A stretch of 64,000 nt of DNA from Octopus vulgaris (taxonomy: Eukaryota): contig OX597816.1 of the NCBI GenBank assembly GCA_951406725.2, forward strand, positions 64,976,001 to 65,040,000, in the 5' to 3' direction. Position 1 is the first letter of the stretch; each line of letters opens with the position of its first letter. A program made the position numbers and the translations under genes. This document shows, piece after piece, positions 1 to 12,420 of the stretch. Under the pieces are notes generated by a model, which saw only the letters and a list, made by a program, of their open reading frames with translations, was not told the DNA's origin and made no database searches.

Positions 1-449
1 GAAGTGTACAAAGCATAAAAACCACGTTCATATACGGACATGCCCTTATGCACTCATACGCACACACGCCCATATATGTACATACCCGCACATGTTTATA
101 TACGCATACACACACACGCATATACAAAAAATGAATATACATATGCCCCCCCCAAAAAAAATCTAAAAAAATGGAAAAATACTAAGTAAAAACGTCTATA
201 TATATATGCATTCTTATGTCCGCACACACGCACACATCTAAAACTGCCCACTTATACATATTCTCACACGTGTACAAATGAATCTATATACACGTCTATA
301 TAGGCACAGGAAAAATGCAGGATAGAAAAGTAGAGAAAAAATTATTATGTGTGAAAAAATAAAAATATATGAAATAATAAAAGGTATAATGAGATAAAAA
401 ACTTCTTGGGACATAATATATAAAGCAAGTTCTATCTGTTTTCTTTAGG

Positions 450-1177
450 GGACCAAAAACGTAACAAACATTTTGTCACATATGGGCATGATCCGAAAAG
501 TTCTGTCCTTGAGTTTAGACATGTAGTAGGGTCTAAGCTGCTTTTCCAGATAAGCTAACTCTCCATGTCGCATAGACAACACTTTCCGCTGCCGTTGGTG
601 TAAGGCTTACATTTTGCCAAAATCTTCCAATGGATGTTATAATCGACACCTTTATCTTTTAAAGACCAAATATGATTAGATAATTTTGTCGCTTTTCTTT
701 TGTTCCAGTGCCTAAAACTGAAGATGTGGTTATTGAACCTGGCCTTGAAATTACCCTCTGTAAGGCCCACGTATTTCTTCGTCGAAACGGTGTCTTTAGT
801 GGTTATAGAGTCCACGGTAGCTTCATAGATGATGGTCCCGGACATGCAAGCTCCATTTAGCGGGCACAATTTTTTTATTCCTGCATGAACAGTTGTTTTC
901 TTGTGGTTTTTGTGTGTTATGTTTGATTATATTTTTTTTAATTGGTAGTTGAACTAAAACAAATTTTTAAATTGTGTTTATTGAAGAGTTTCCTGTAAGT
1001 ATGGTTAACTGGAAAATGTCTATCTATCAGTGTTAAGAAATATTTACCTATATTGAAGGTCACGTCGGGCGAGTAAGGGGGTGTAAACCAGATGATCTTC
1101 CTATTTCTATTTTTCCTCTTCTTTACTGTTTTTTCAGATGGCCAGATAACCGAAGAGATGGTGTTGTGGATTTCCAC
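450..1177 (-). mobile_element. Penelope-like element 3' relic (GIY-YIG endonuclease region, frameshifted)
   Basis: ORFs 938-1177 (RKIIWFTPPYS..NIGKYFLTLIDRHFP..KLFNKHNLKICFS) and 555-869 (CPLNGAC..IIYEATV..YVGLTEGNFKARFNNH..SF..LSNHIWSLK..WKIL..CCLC). Homology continues past the stop (..LNSRTELFGSC). These are typical PLE linker and GIY-YIG motifs. Confidence 0.9.
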
Positions 1178-1399
1178 TTCGGCATCTGAAACTCAGAGTT
1201 TTATCTTTACTATTGAGTAATTGTAACATATTATTTTATAGATATATATAATAATATATATATACAAGAAACTGAGTGCATGCAGATACCTATATTCAGT
1301 CATGTATGTGCGTGTGTGGTGGACGTATGAATATATCTATCAGTCTATCATTTTGTCGTCCTTTGCTTTTTTCAATTATATAACGAAAACATAATGCCA

Positions 1400-1810
1400 T
1401 CCAATTAAAGACACAAAACGGTTCTTAAAAGTATCTACAATTCTGCTGAGAACCAGACAGAAATGGTCAATGGCGGCAAGAAACAGAATAAAAAATGAAA
1501 GTAAACGGTTTCTTACATTTGTGATAATAAAAAAGGGAGAAAGGTGTGAAAAATGTGAGGAAAACTAGTATGGAGATTGGGAGTTGGCAGGGCATCTTTT
1601 AGAGTGTAAACAAGGAACAAATTTGATATTGCAATTAGGTGTGAGGAACGTAAGATAATACACCTTGCTGAATTAACTGTTCCACATAAAAAAATCAAGG
1701 TAAAGCTGAAGTCGGGAACGACAGGTGTCATAAGTGGCTACTGGAAGATTCTGTACCTATTTATTGAAGTGATGAACACTTTCATGTTGAAGTGGATTGT
1801 AGATGATTTA
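1400..1810 (+). mobile_element. Degenerate restriction-like endonuclease (RLE) non-LTR retrotransposon C-terminus (Hero/NeSL-like)
   Basis: Hand translation gives NKFDIAIRCEERKIIHLAELTVPH (~1616-1687) and HFHVEVDCR*F (~1778-1810), matching the PD..(D/E)LTVP..VEVGCRGF RLE pattern. Multiple disruptions. Confidence 0.6.
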
Positions 1811-1922
1811 TTAGAAACAAAATGTGACAGTACTTGCTATCAATTATCGTCAATCATCGTCAATCATATGCCATTATGCCATTTTGAAAGAAACTACGTT
1901 ATGCAGACTTTTCGATGTCCGA

Positions 1923-2003
<81 letters not shown>

Positions 2004-2074
2004 GTTGGCATCCTTTTTTTGCTTCGGAAGACAATGGAGTTGCACATAAAATAATCTAGTCCGGCTTTTACATT

Positions 2075-2401
2075 TCATGTCCTAATACATCTCCTGCTGT
2101 GGCTGTGTAGTCCTATCCTGGGCAAACACTCCCTCTGGCAGGTGCCGCAAATGTAGCGAAGACTTTGCCTGGCTGGTTGTAATGTCATACTTTCTTGTTG
2201 ACATCTTTTCTTGTCTTTCCATTTCTCCTCTCTCCCTCTGTCACCCTTTCGTGTTCCCTCTTTTACGGTGCGTCGCCAATCTCTACGGTTACTGGCAACT
2301 GCTTCCCAGTTGCTAATATTGATGTCACTTTTGCAAACATCCTTGTAACCTAAGAAGGGTCTTCCCCCAGACCTAGTGCCCATATTTCCATATATGGACA
2401 T
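2075..2401 (-). mobile_element. RTE-clade LINE C-terminal fragment
   Basis: ORF reads YG..GTRSGGRPFLGYKDVCKSD..NWEAVASNRRDWRRTVKEG with a terminal C2H2-like CGTCQRECLPRIGLHSHSRRC, typical of RTE ORF ends. Confidence 0.85.
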
Positions 2402-3174
2402 ATCTAGAAACCACTCAAATTACAGAATACAGTACTATAAGAAGAAGAAATTCGGTATTGGACTCATGAATTATGTAACCTAACGGTGGTCACATAATTA
2501 GGGTTTCTGCCTCTTTTTTAAACTTCGTAACCAATCTGTACTCATCTCAAAACCCCATCAATTTGCTTTATGGTTAGTTGGAAACATCAATCCCAGTTTC
2601 TAAAATCTCACTCTACTGTCTTAGAGGAAATTCTCGATGGATAACAATTTTCTAGTAGTCTTGCACATCATGAAAATGCTGGATGCTCGAAGAAGCTGAA
2701 AATGGCTTAACTGAGCGTTCGTCTCTCCGTTGCTTTTGAAACGTTCCAAATAAATCCACATTTTATCCTCTTATCTCAAAAGTTTACATTCGCACAATCA
2801 AAGAATTCTATAAAGTTTAATGTTTGTGAGTTCCTCATAAACATTCTTTAATATCGCACCTGTTTGATACGTACAATTTATCTCGAATTTCGTTTCAAAT
2901 ATGCACTTAAGTTTATCTTTTATTTAACTATAGTGCCAGCGAGTGCTACAGTTAAATACTGATTCATAAATACACCCGCGTGCAAACGAGTACAGAGTTC
3001 GTTTGTGAATAGAATACATGTGTGTGCATGTGTGTGTTTGAGTGTGTGAGCGTGTGTGTGCGCGCGCGTGTGTATGTAAGTATGTTTTCTGCATCGTTCA
3101 TGGTAGCGCTCGCACACTTTTTCCTCTCTCCAACAACCAGTTGTTGTCATTTCATGCAAATAGACCTCTGTCCA

Positions 3175-3232
<58 letters not shown>

Positions 3233-3234
3233 AA

Positions 3235-3285
<51 letters not shown>

Positions 3286-4845
3286 TATAACTTTATCTAT
3301 CTATCGATCGAGCGATCTATGCTATTCTATTCTATCTATAATCTTTTTTTTTTTGCATTATACTTACCTTCCAAATGCTCTCTCTGTCAAACAATTTCAC
3401 CTATCACATTATTTTTCTCTATTGCGTACCTTTTTTTTATTCTCTCTCTCTCTCTCTCTTTTAATTTTCTTTCTATATGATACTAACTGAATTACAAATA
3501 GTTGGTAGGTAATTGTATATTAGTATTTTTGTATTTGTTTTTGTATAGTGTGTGTAAAAAACATCCTGATGAGGGGAGTGTCAGTTTTGATAATATCAAA
3601 TATATCATATTTCTTGGCACGTCTCTGATGGAACTCTGATTTTTTTTTTATTTTTCGTGTTATTTTTCGGAGGTTTTAAATACGTCCTTTTAATGTTTCA
3701 TCATCCCGAATTTTTAATTATACCAATATTCTATAACTTTTAGAATGTAAATTCACTGTGTTTTGTCTGTAACACCGATTATATCTATTTATATATAACT
3801 TTATATATTTTATATCTGGAATCTATACATCTGTTTGTAAATGTGGAAGAATATATGAATATATGTATCTATTTGATCTTTGAGTGTGGATCTTAATTAT
3901 GTTCCTTTAGTTTCTGCTTGCATTCCTTCCGGTCAATTTAAGAAGTGAGGTATAGCTCACTTGGAGCACTACAACTCCAGTCTGTATTTTTTGCGAGCAT
4001 TGTTAAAAAAATCAATCTCTAAATAAAGCTGTGTATTTTATAATACTAACTATATATATATGTATATATATATATGCATATCACTGTGTAGCTTTTTCCC
4101 CTTTGTCTTTTTCTCAAATCACTAGTACTCTTATCTTCCGTAGCCTCCCACACGTCAACACTTAATCTTCCTCTCTTTGAAACCACGAGATCTATTACAT
4201 TGTCCGCTCTTGTGGTCAGTTACTCTTTCTCTAACTCTGAGCTTGTCTAAGAATTTTAGAGCAGCTCCAGCTCTTAGTTTGTCCTACTTATGGAAAATAT
4301 ATATATTTTTTTTAATTTCACATATTCTTCTATGTCCGAAAGGACGAATTTTCTTTTTCTTTTTTCTCGCGATATTTCATACAAACACATCTTTGTCTCA
4401 AAGATGCAAAGTAATAGTTGCATACGAATATAGATCTGTATCGCTTATTATCTTTCTTTTTACTGCCTTTGGTTGGTTGTTTGATTATTTCATTACACAC
4501 ACACAAACACGCACACACACACACACACACACGTACACACTAACGTGTGGGTGGGGTGTATGTATCCTTTCTCCTCATAGCTCGTCTTTATTTACCGATC
4601 GGTCTGCGACCTCATCCTTCATTGTACTTGTCACATATGTTTTTTTTCCTTTTCGTGTTTGATTTTCTTGTCTGCTCATTCACTCATTTATACCCAACGG
4701 CTTATGTCATTGACAGAACCAAGCTGAATAATAATGGTAAGTGTCTTTTCCTGATTTTCCCTATCTTTCTTTGTCGTCCTCTGAGTCATATTTCTATTAC
4801 AATTTCACAAACACACACACACGCACACATACACACATACTTATA

Positions 4846-5558
4846 CGGGGTGGCGCAGAGAGGACGGTCGTTTTCAAAAAATTCACAAGATCATTAATTT
4901 CTGCTGCAAAAATTTTTTATTGACATCAGTGCATTCGTATTGAATTAGCATTTGTTAAACATATGTCCGGAAAAAACATCCATCATGTGATGTCCGTTTT
5001 CCTCGATGCATCTCTGAAGGCGTTCTTGGAAGGTGGCCTCCACCTTCTCCAGTATTGCTCTGCGTATAGTCCCATAGTTTCAACTGTTGCCCAATGACCA
5101 ATGTATACGGGTGGAAATGCAGGTCTTCATGAAAAATACGCCTTACCGATCGATTACCGATGCCAAGTTCAGTGAAATGCCTCCGAGCAGAGCGATTCGG
5201 ACTCTGTATCGAAGCTTGTCTGCCGCGTTCCACATCTTCCAGTGTCTGTACCGGGAGTGGAATTCGCACTAGTCTCCTTTTCATTAGTGCACCACGTGTA
5301 CGAAGTGCCTGATTTCGATGAATGTTGAAATAGCACCGAAACTCACGCTGAACTGCTGTAACAGACTCGTTATTCTTCACGTTAATCTCGTAGACAAACC
5401 CGCGATGATCTATCGTCCACAACACCATGGCTTCACCTGAACAGAAAAACAAAATGCTAAGACACCACTGACCGAATAGTACCTTTCGGACATATGTTCC
5501 TTCCCATGGAGCTGAATAATAGCCATTTCAAAACGTCCGCCCTCTTCGCCACACCCTG
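4846..5558 (-). mobile_element. Internally deleted Tc1/mariner-superfamily DNA transposon (DUF4817-like HTH N-terminus)
   Basis: Imperfect TIRs TA|CGGGGTGGCGCAGAGAGGACGGTCGTTTT and AAAACGTCCGCCCTCTTCGCCACACCCTG. ORF 4955-5452 reads HRGFVYE..NNESVTAVQREFR..FNIHRN..SPNRSARR..SVRRIFHEDLHFHPY. The DDE core is missing. Confidence 0.8.
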
Positions 5559-5984
5559 AATATATGTATGTATACACACAAAACACACACGCACAAACAC
5601 ACATATATGTATATGTATGTATACACTTATACACACAGTGTACTACTCGCTTTTTGGTAGGATCAGCGAAAAAGTATTTAGTCCAGCGAGAGATAAGTAT
5701 TATTTGCTAAAAAAAAAGTAGGGTATATATGCTAGCTGCTTCAAGTTTCATGTAGAGATAAATATATTAATCGGGCAGCCTTCTATAGGGTAGTATGTGC
5801 TATATGGGGATGAAAGATGAAGCTACAATATGTACCATACACACACACACACACATGTATGTGTTTATCTATGTAGGTATGAATGTACGTATGTATGTGT
5901 GTATGTAGTATGTATGCATGTATGTATGCATGCATGTACGTATTATATATGTGTGTATGTATGTATGTGTGTGTTTCCTTCTAT

Positions 5985-6211
5985 TTTTAATTATTATAAA
6001 TCTTCCAGTGAGGAGGGAGCCGGTTTCAAACAGAGATACAAGGCTCCATCTTTGGGACAAATTCACATTTGAAACTTGAGAAATGTCTTGCATATTTTTA
6101 CTGTTCCACTCACAGATTTCACTTGTAATGTACGAATTACCCTGTCGATTTCCCAGTTTACCCAGCTTCTCCTTTAAGCATTTACTAATAAAAACTAGTG
6201 CTCCAATTATT
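5985..6211 (-). mobile_element. R4/Dong-like RLE non-LTR retrotransposon 3' end, 5'-truncated in (TATG)n
   Basis: Minus strand reads IIGALVFISKCLKEKLGKLG, then after a frameshift IDRVIRTLQVKSVSGTVKICKTFLKFQM* and a short 3' UTR. This resembles the R4-clade C-terminal IIGALG..LQ..GT..I..FL motif. Confidence 0.65.
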
Positions 6212-7349
6212 GTATGTATGTATGCATGCATGTATGTATGTATGTATGTATGTATGTATGTATGTATGTATGTATGTATGTATGTATGTATGTATGTATG
6301 TATGTATGTATGTATTATTTATTATGTATGTACGCATGTATGTATATACAGAATAGGTGTATGCAATGCGAAATAAAGTTCTGTACAGGAATAATACCAT
6401 TATTAAATAGTTGGATTATTCGTCAGATACATTACGACTGTTGTTTTCGCCATTTCCGGTTTTTCAGGTAATGATTATAATTCACCTATTCGTGTTAATT
6501 GCAAGAATAACAATGGGGGGAAACTTTACTCCATAATATCTGAATTGTCTGCTGCGCATTTCTGTTATCCATTAGATGCATTTTTATAATATCTGTGTAC
6601 TCCTTTCAATATGAAAATCGAAACGTTTATATGTTTCTGTATAAATAGATATCTACGTATTCATTAGACTTTGCTTAGTATACATTTTCATGCGTACCTA
6701 CATTAATGTATTCACTTGTAAAGTATTATACAAATCTGACTGTCTATTCGTTTTGTGTGCGTGCCAAGACAACACACAAAAGGGGAAAAGAGATAGGTTG
6801 CTATTATACTACACAAATGAATACAGTAAAATGGAGGCAAACAAAGGGAAGTCACTCTCACTTCACTACACTTTATGCTTCTACATTCGCTTCTATATGA
6901 AAATTTAAACGTCCATTTTTCTGATTGTATGTGTTTGCATATTTTTGTATTATATGTGTGTATGGGTTTTATACATTAGCGTATTTATTTGAACAGTATA
7001 ATATTCCCTTCTTTTTCTTTTGTACGGTAGCCAGGAAAATGAACCATCGCTTGATACATCAATCATAAACAAAAGGAAAGAAGTCCCACCCCGCTACACA
7101 CCTCACACAGGCACAATGCATTGATGTGGAAAGCATCAAACTATAAAAGACCACAAAACAAATACTCACAACCATTAAAACTTGAAATAGTATATGCTTG
7201 TATAACGATATGTTAGAGAAAAGATTTTCGTTTTACATGTGAATATGTTAATATGCCAGAATTTTTCTCCCAGTTTGTTTATAAACAACACACATAACAC
7301 GTACACATGTACACACATACATACACACTCATATATATACACGCATATA

Positions 7350-7395
<46 letters not shown>

Positions 7396-7437
7396 TATAT
7401 AAATGCATATATGTATGTATATATGTATGTATATATA

Positions 7438-7510
<73 letters not shown>

Positions 7511-7891
7511 CCTCATCATCATCATTACCATCACCACTGCAATTTCTTTTTTGCTAAAATGCCAGTATAGCGTTATTTCAAAATATTTTTGAAGAAGGGA
7601 AATCCGAAAACAGCTTACTGAAACATTATAGATATGTTCTTTTTCATTTAGTATTTTGCACATAATAACTAACGGTGGTAGAATTATTAGGGAAGAAAAA
7701 GAAACGGAATTCTTAATTATTGCTCTAACAATCAGTGCAAAGAACTAGTTCAGTTACAATGGGTTGTACAGTAGCTGGCAGAGAGCCCGTCTATTGAGTT
7801 ATTATTAAATATATTATGCAAGTGTATGTACGCGTGTGTATGTAAACATACGTGTGTGTGTATAGACATAAATATACATATATAAATATAT

Positions 7892-7930
<39 letters not shown>

Positions 7931-7934
<4 letters not shown>

Positions 7935-7974
7935 TGTGTGTGTGTATGTTATATACCCTATTGAATCTAAATGT

Positions 7975-8014
<40 letters not shown>

Positions 8015-8054
8015 TGTGTGTGTGTATGTTATATACCCTAGAGAATCTAAATGT

Positions 8055-8097
<43 letters not shown>
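7931..8097. repeat. Tandem duplication of a 50-bp unit plus (TA)n
   Basis: TGCATGTGTGTGTGTATGTTATATACCCTA(TT/GA)GAATCTAAATGTACTTTA occurs at 7931-7980 and 8011-8060, each copy followed by (TA)n. Confidence 0.95.
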
Positions 8098-8102
<5 letters not shown>

Positions 8103-8603
8103 TATCTATATATATATATATACATATATATACATGTATGTGTGTATGAATGTATGTATATAGTTATGAGTATCTCTATGCGTCTGGTTGTGCGTGTGTT
8201 GCTCTCCAGGTGGTTGCTTTTCAAATCATGATATATTGAGGAGAGATGTCTTCGATTTTAATATTTTTATCAATGTTTATTATTATTTTTTTTTTCATAT
8301 ATTTCCTCTTTAGTTTTTGACGTTTTATTTGGAACAGCATGACTGATGATCCCACGAGTATTTCAACAAATTCTTCACATGATAACGATACACACTGGTA
8401 GTGCTTTTGTTGAGGGTAGCAAGGGATTGTATGCAAGACTTTATAAATATTAAAAATTGTCATAGCTGCTTTGTAAATGATGTATCAATTAACCCAATTA
8501 TATCCATAGATTATTAGACTGCTGGTGCGTACTTGTGTTGAATTTTAGTTTGTATTTTTTATTTAGATAAAGCATCCAAATTATTACTTAAAATTATACA
8601 ATA

Positions 8604-8953
8604 CTAGCACTATGACCAGGCAACGCCGGGTCAAAGTGCTAGTGCATGCACATACACGCGAGTACTGTCCAAATCTCCGACCAATCACATACAGCTAGCT
8701 GGCATTCAATTGGCGTATCGAGTTTCGGGCATTTTGATTGGGTTTTGGATAGAAAATTAACAAAAATGTCACTTCTATTGATGTTTTAAGGGCTTTGCGG
8801 GGTAACTGGGGAAATGTAAAGATGTGCACGACCATTCCTGGTCGGCTTTCAATGACCATAGAAAGTGCGAGCGCTCTAACTGACAAATTGTGGATTTGTA
8901 TAAAGGATACACACACGCACAGACGGACACTGTGCCGTTTATATATATAGAGA
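8604..8953 (-). mobile_element. Non-autonomous Helitron-like element
   Basis: Minus strand begins A|TCTCTATATATATAAA and ends with a GC hairpin (GACCCGGCGTTGCCTGGTC) followed by ATAGTGCTAG|T. This gives TC...CTAG termini in an A|T site with no TSD. A second possible TC start lies at 9169. Confidence 0.7.
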
Positions 8954-9844
8954 TATCATTATTATGGTCTTCTGTATAGCTTTGCTTCATATTCAAAAGC
9001 AGGAATTTATTGTAATGCATGGTGGACAAAGGAAAGGATGTTTGTACAACATGGCGGGTAGACTCAGAAAAGTTTTGTCTTCCGTGTTTATTTTATAATT
9101 TGTAAAGCGCAATGGGTGTCTTGTTGAATTCTAGATTCCAGATTTCATTTCTTTTTTTCTTTATATAGATACTGGCTCTTTATACGGCCTGTAAGACCAG
9201 AGAAGGGAGAAAATGTAGCCTATTCTTATGAAGGCAACAAGTCAGGTCTTCTCAAACTTAATGCATGATTCTGGGATTGAAATGACTATACAGTGGGCCG
9301 AAACGAAACCAGCCGTTCTATATTCGAGAACGCGATTTCAGCTCAGAACAGAAAGATTCGAAACAAATACTGCAAGCATCTGGTGTGGCTTTCTCGCAGT
9401 TTGTTTAATACTTTGTCCCAGATTACTACTGTTATGTTATCGATCACCAAATTAAATAAGATAAAGTAGAACACATCAGAATTTGAATTCAGTACGAAGA
9501 GACGTAGAACATATTCAGCGAAGGTCCTGTAACGTATCATTCTGTTGTCAAATACTATTTATTTGACACGAGTCACACGCATACTATAAACCCACTTTTT
9601 TTTCCGTCGTGGGCTTATATGAACCAATATTTAAATTATTTTCTTTAGTCAATACACGGGAATTGCTTATAAGCTTTAACCTTATAAAGTCTTATTATTT
9701 ACAGAATTGTAACCTTGACACTGATTATCAAATCATTGCAGAAAACGTGCATGTTCGACTGTATGTATACATGTATGTATGTATGTATGTATGTATGTAT
9801 GTATGTATGTATGTATGTATGTATGTATGTATGTATGTATGTAT

Positions 9845-10320
9845 ATATATGGCGTGTCCTAGAACACCGACGATAATAATTAATTTTATTGTATCGCATT
9901 TGACTTTGTTTACGTATTTTCTCGATAAATCTTTGAGCGTTAGACAATATACCAGAAAACCCTATTTTGTCGGGTACGTTCTGAGTCTGCGCAGTGATTT
10001 GAATAGTTTAGAAAGAGCAATTTAATAGACGCACGTGCCTCTATTGATGTGCGCTTCCCATAATAACAGGAATCTTACTGAAGAGCCTACCTGAGTAAAT
10101 AAATATTATTTTTATTGCTGAAATAGGCGAAACTGCAGTCTAAGAAGAACTAAGTTTGTAAAAGTTTTTAATTTTCATCTCATTAAATTTATCCAGCTTT
10201 TGTGTATCTAGTACACACTTCGGCTTTGAATGTACTTATATATGAATAATATATGGCGTGTCCTAGAACACCGGCGATAATAATAAATTTTATTGTATCG
10301 CATTTGACTTTGTTTACGTA
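9845..10320 (+). mobile_element. HHR-containing 404-bp unit with 72-bp terminal direct repeat (retrozyme-like or Penelope pseudo-LTR)
   Basis: 9845-9916 and 10249-10320 are direct repeats with 2 mismatches. The unit is flanked by (TATG)n and (TA)n, has an internal hammerhead and has no credible ORF. Confidence 0.75.
10073..10145 (+). ncRNA. Type I hammerhead ribozyme (canonical core)
   Basis: Stem I TCTTA/TAAGA; core CTGAAGA; stem II GCCTA..TAGGC; GAAA; palindromic stem III ACTGCAGT; GUC triplet with predicted cut after 10140. Confidence 0.9.
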
Positions 10321-10476
10321 TATATATATATATATATATATCCAGTAATTTTTACTAGTTTCATCTTGTCTCTTTGTTTTCTCTCCGTGTTGATATATGG
10401 CCAATTAAGGTGGTTTTAGAGTCAGATCATGGCTGCTATTTTCAGCATGGTGTTATTTCGTAGATACCCTAATTTA

Positions 10477-10538
<62 letters not shown>

Positions 10539-11149
10539 TGTATGTGTATGCACGCACACATCCACACACACACTCATATATATATACCAACATAGTTTAA
10601 TTTGTAATGAAAGTGTAACGCATCACAGGAGATTCCATGTCATAAAAGAAGCCTCCGGTTAAAGTAAGTGTGAATCTATCTTATCGTTTATAGTACCAGC
10701 ATGTTCACGAGAACCGGCATTGAAATTGATTTTGCATAGAGAGTAATTTAAAATAGGTATGTATATATATATATATTAAGCGAGCGAAGTTTTCTCTTTT
10801 TCAATTATAACTACATAATTCATTCCTCAAACGCTGGTGAGTCATTATATTTCCATTGAAACATGACATGAAGAGTGGTGGTTAAAGGCATATATTTCGC
10901 CTGGATCGGTTCTGTTCTGTATGGTTTTGAGAAAATGGGCAACGTATTCTCGTATTTCAAGAAATTTCCATCGCGAATAATTGATTCAGTATGCAAATAT
11001 TCGTATAATAACACAAACAAGCTAGATATAGAATTACATATAACTGTAATTATTAGATTTCATCTGTTGAACACGCGCTTAACCATTCACTTCTTCGTCT
11101 GTAATATCTGAGTCTTCATAAAATATTTGAGTAATGACATTGCAGTTAC

Positions 11150-11420
11150 TGGTTGCTGTTGCTGTTGAGCGAAGCGGTCTTCGTCCCAGATTGGGAGAAG
11201 TCCGAAACGTGGTCCTTTGTTATTCGTAAGACCGCAGAAGAGAAAGCAGGTCAACCCCCGACACCGAGAGCATCGACGGATGGATGAATGTGCATCCAGG
11301 CTCAGCAGTTGCACAGGAAGTCGGGGACAAGAAATAGGAAGAAAGAGTGAGAGGAAGTTGGGGCGAAAGAGTACAACAGGGGTCGCCACCACCCTCTGCC
11401 GGAGCCTAACCACTGGGCCA
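11150..11420 (-). mobile_element. SINE-related fragment (family C-like body)
   Basis: GAGTGAGAGGAAGTTGGGGCGAAAGAGT..CGCCACCACCCTCTGCCGGAGCC resembles the SINE copies at 37022 and 44533. Confidence 0.55.
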
Positions 11421-11630
11421 TTGCGCCTCCACTTGCAGTTATTGGAAGTAAGAAGGGATACATTTTGCTTTCATCTCAATATTGATTGGTATTTTCTTTT
11501 TTTTTTTTTGTAATTTTAATTTATAGCATCGATTAATAGAATTATTGGAAAATTCTAAATTGACACACAAACATGCATTCATAAAAATTCATGTTTGCAA
11601 ACATATATGTGCCTACGTGTTCGTGTGTGT

Positions 11631-11683
<53 letters not shown>

Positions 11684-11924
11684 TGTGGTAATACTGTTTC
11701 TTACTAAAGGAAGGAAAATAGAAATTATAGCTTTTCGCTATCAGATTTGTCGATATAACTCATATTGTGTTATCTTTGGACTTCCAATCTTCTTGATTTT
11801 TGTTCTGTGTATTTTCTTTCCAAATTCTATCGTTCTTATGGTGCTTCTGCGAAGAACTACCATTCGAAATACCAAGACTTTACTCTTTCTTTTTAAAATT
11901 TAACACATTTGGCAAAACGAGCCC

Positions 11925-12420
11925 CTTTCGGGGTCGATTAGATAAATACCAGTTACGCACTGGACTCGATATAATCTATCCCCTTGTAGCCCTTGTTGGC
12001 AGTAAAGAAATTTGAACCGTTAGCATGGGGCGCAAAAGACTTAGCGGCATCTTGTCCGTCTTTACGTCATGAGTTCAGATTCTACCGGGATGGATTTGCC
12101 TTTCATCATTCCGGTGTCAATAGATTAAGCATTGGGGTCGATGTAATCAACTTACCGACTCCTCGAAATTGCTGTCTTTATGCCAAAATTTGGTGGAGGC
12201 ACATGGCTCAGTGGTTAGGGTGTTGGATTCATTTTTGTGTCTGTGATTTCGATTCCTGGACCGGGCGACTCGTTGTGTTCTTGAGCAAAATATTTCACTT
12301 CACGTTGCTTTAGTCCACTCAGTTGGTAACACTGAGTAATCCTGCAACGGACCGGCGTACAGCATGAAAACCGGGAAACCGGCCCTCATGAGCGTGGAAT
12401 GGCTCGAAAAGAAAACACAT
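11925..12420 (+). mobile_element. Cluster of degenerate tRNA-derived SINEs (family A pieces and a family C copy at 12191-12420)
   Basis: CTTTCGGGGTCGAT/GCCTTTCATC boxes; head GGTGGAGGCACATGGCTCAGTGGTTAGG with A-box and B-box-like TTCGATTCC; tail GAAAACCGGGAAACCGGCCC. Confidence 0.75.

Noticed and set aside
7585-7620. TTGAAGAAGG..CCGAAAACAGCTTA hammerhead-like string
   Set aside because: No stem I pairing and an altered core.
11087-11513. GC-rich block with AG/GTAAG boundaries that resembles an exon
   Set aside because: Part of it matches SINE family C on the minus strand, and no frame gives a recognisable protein.
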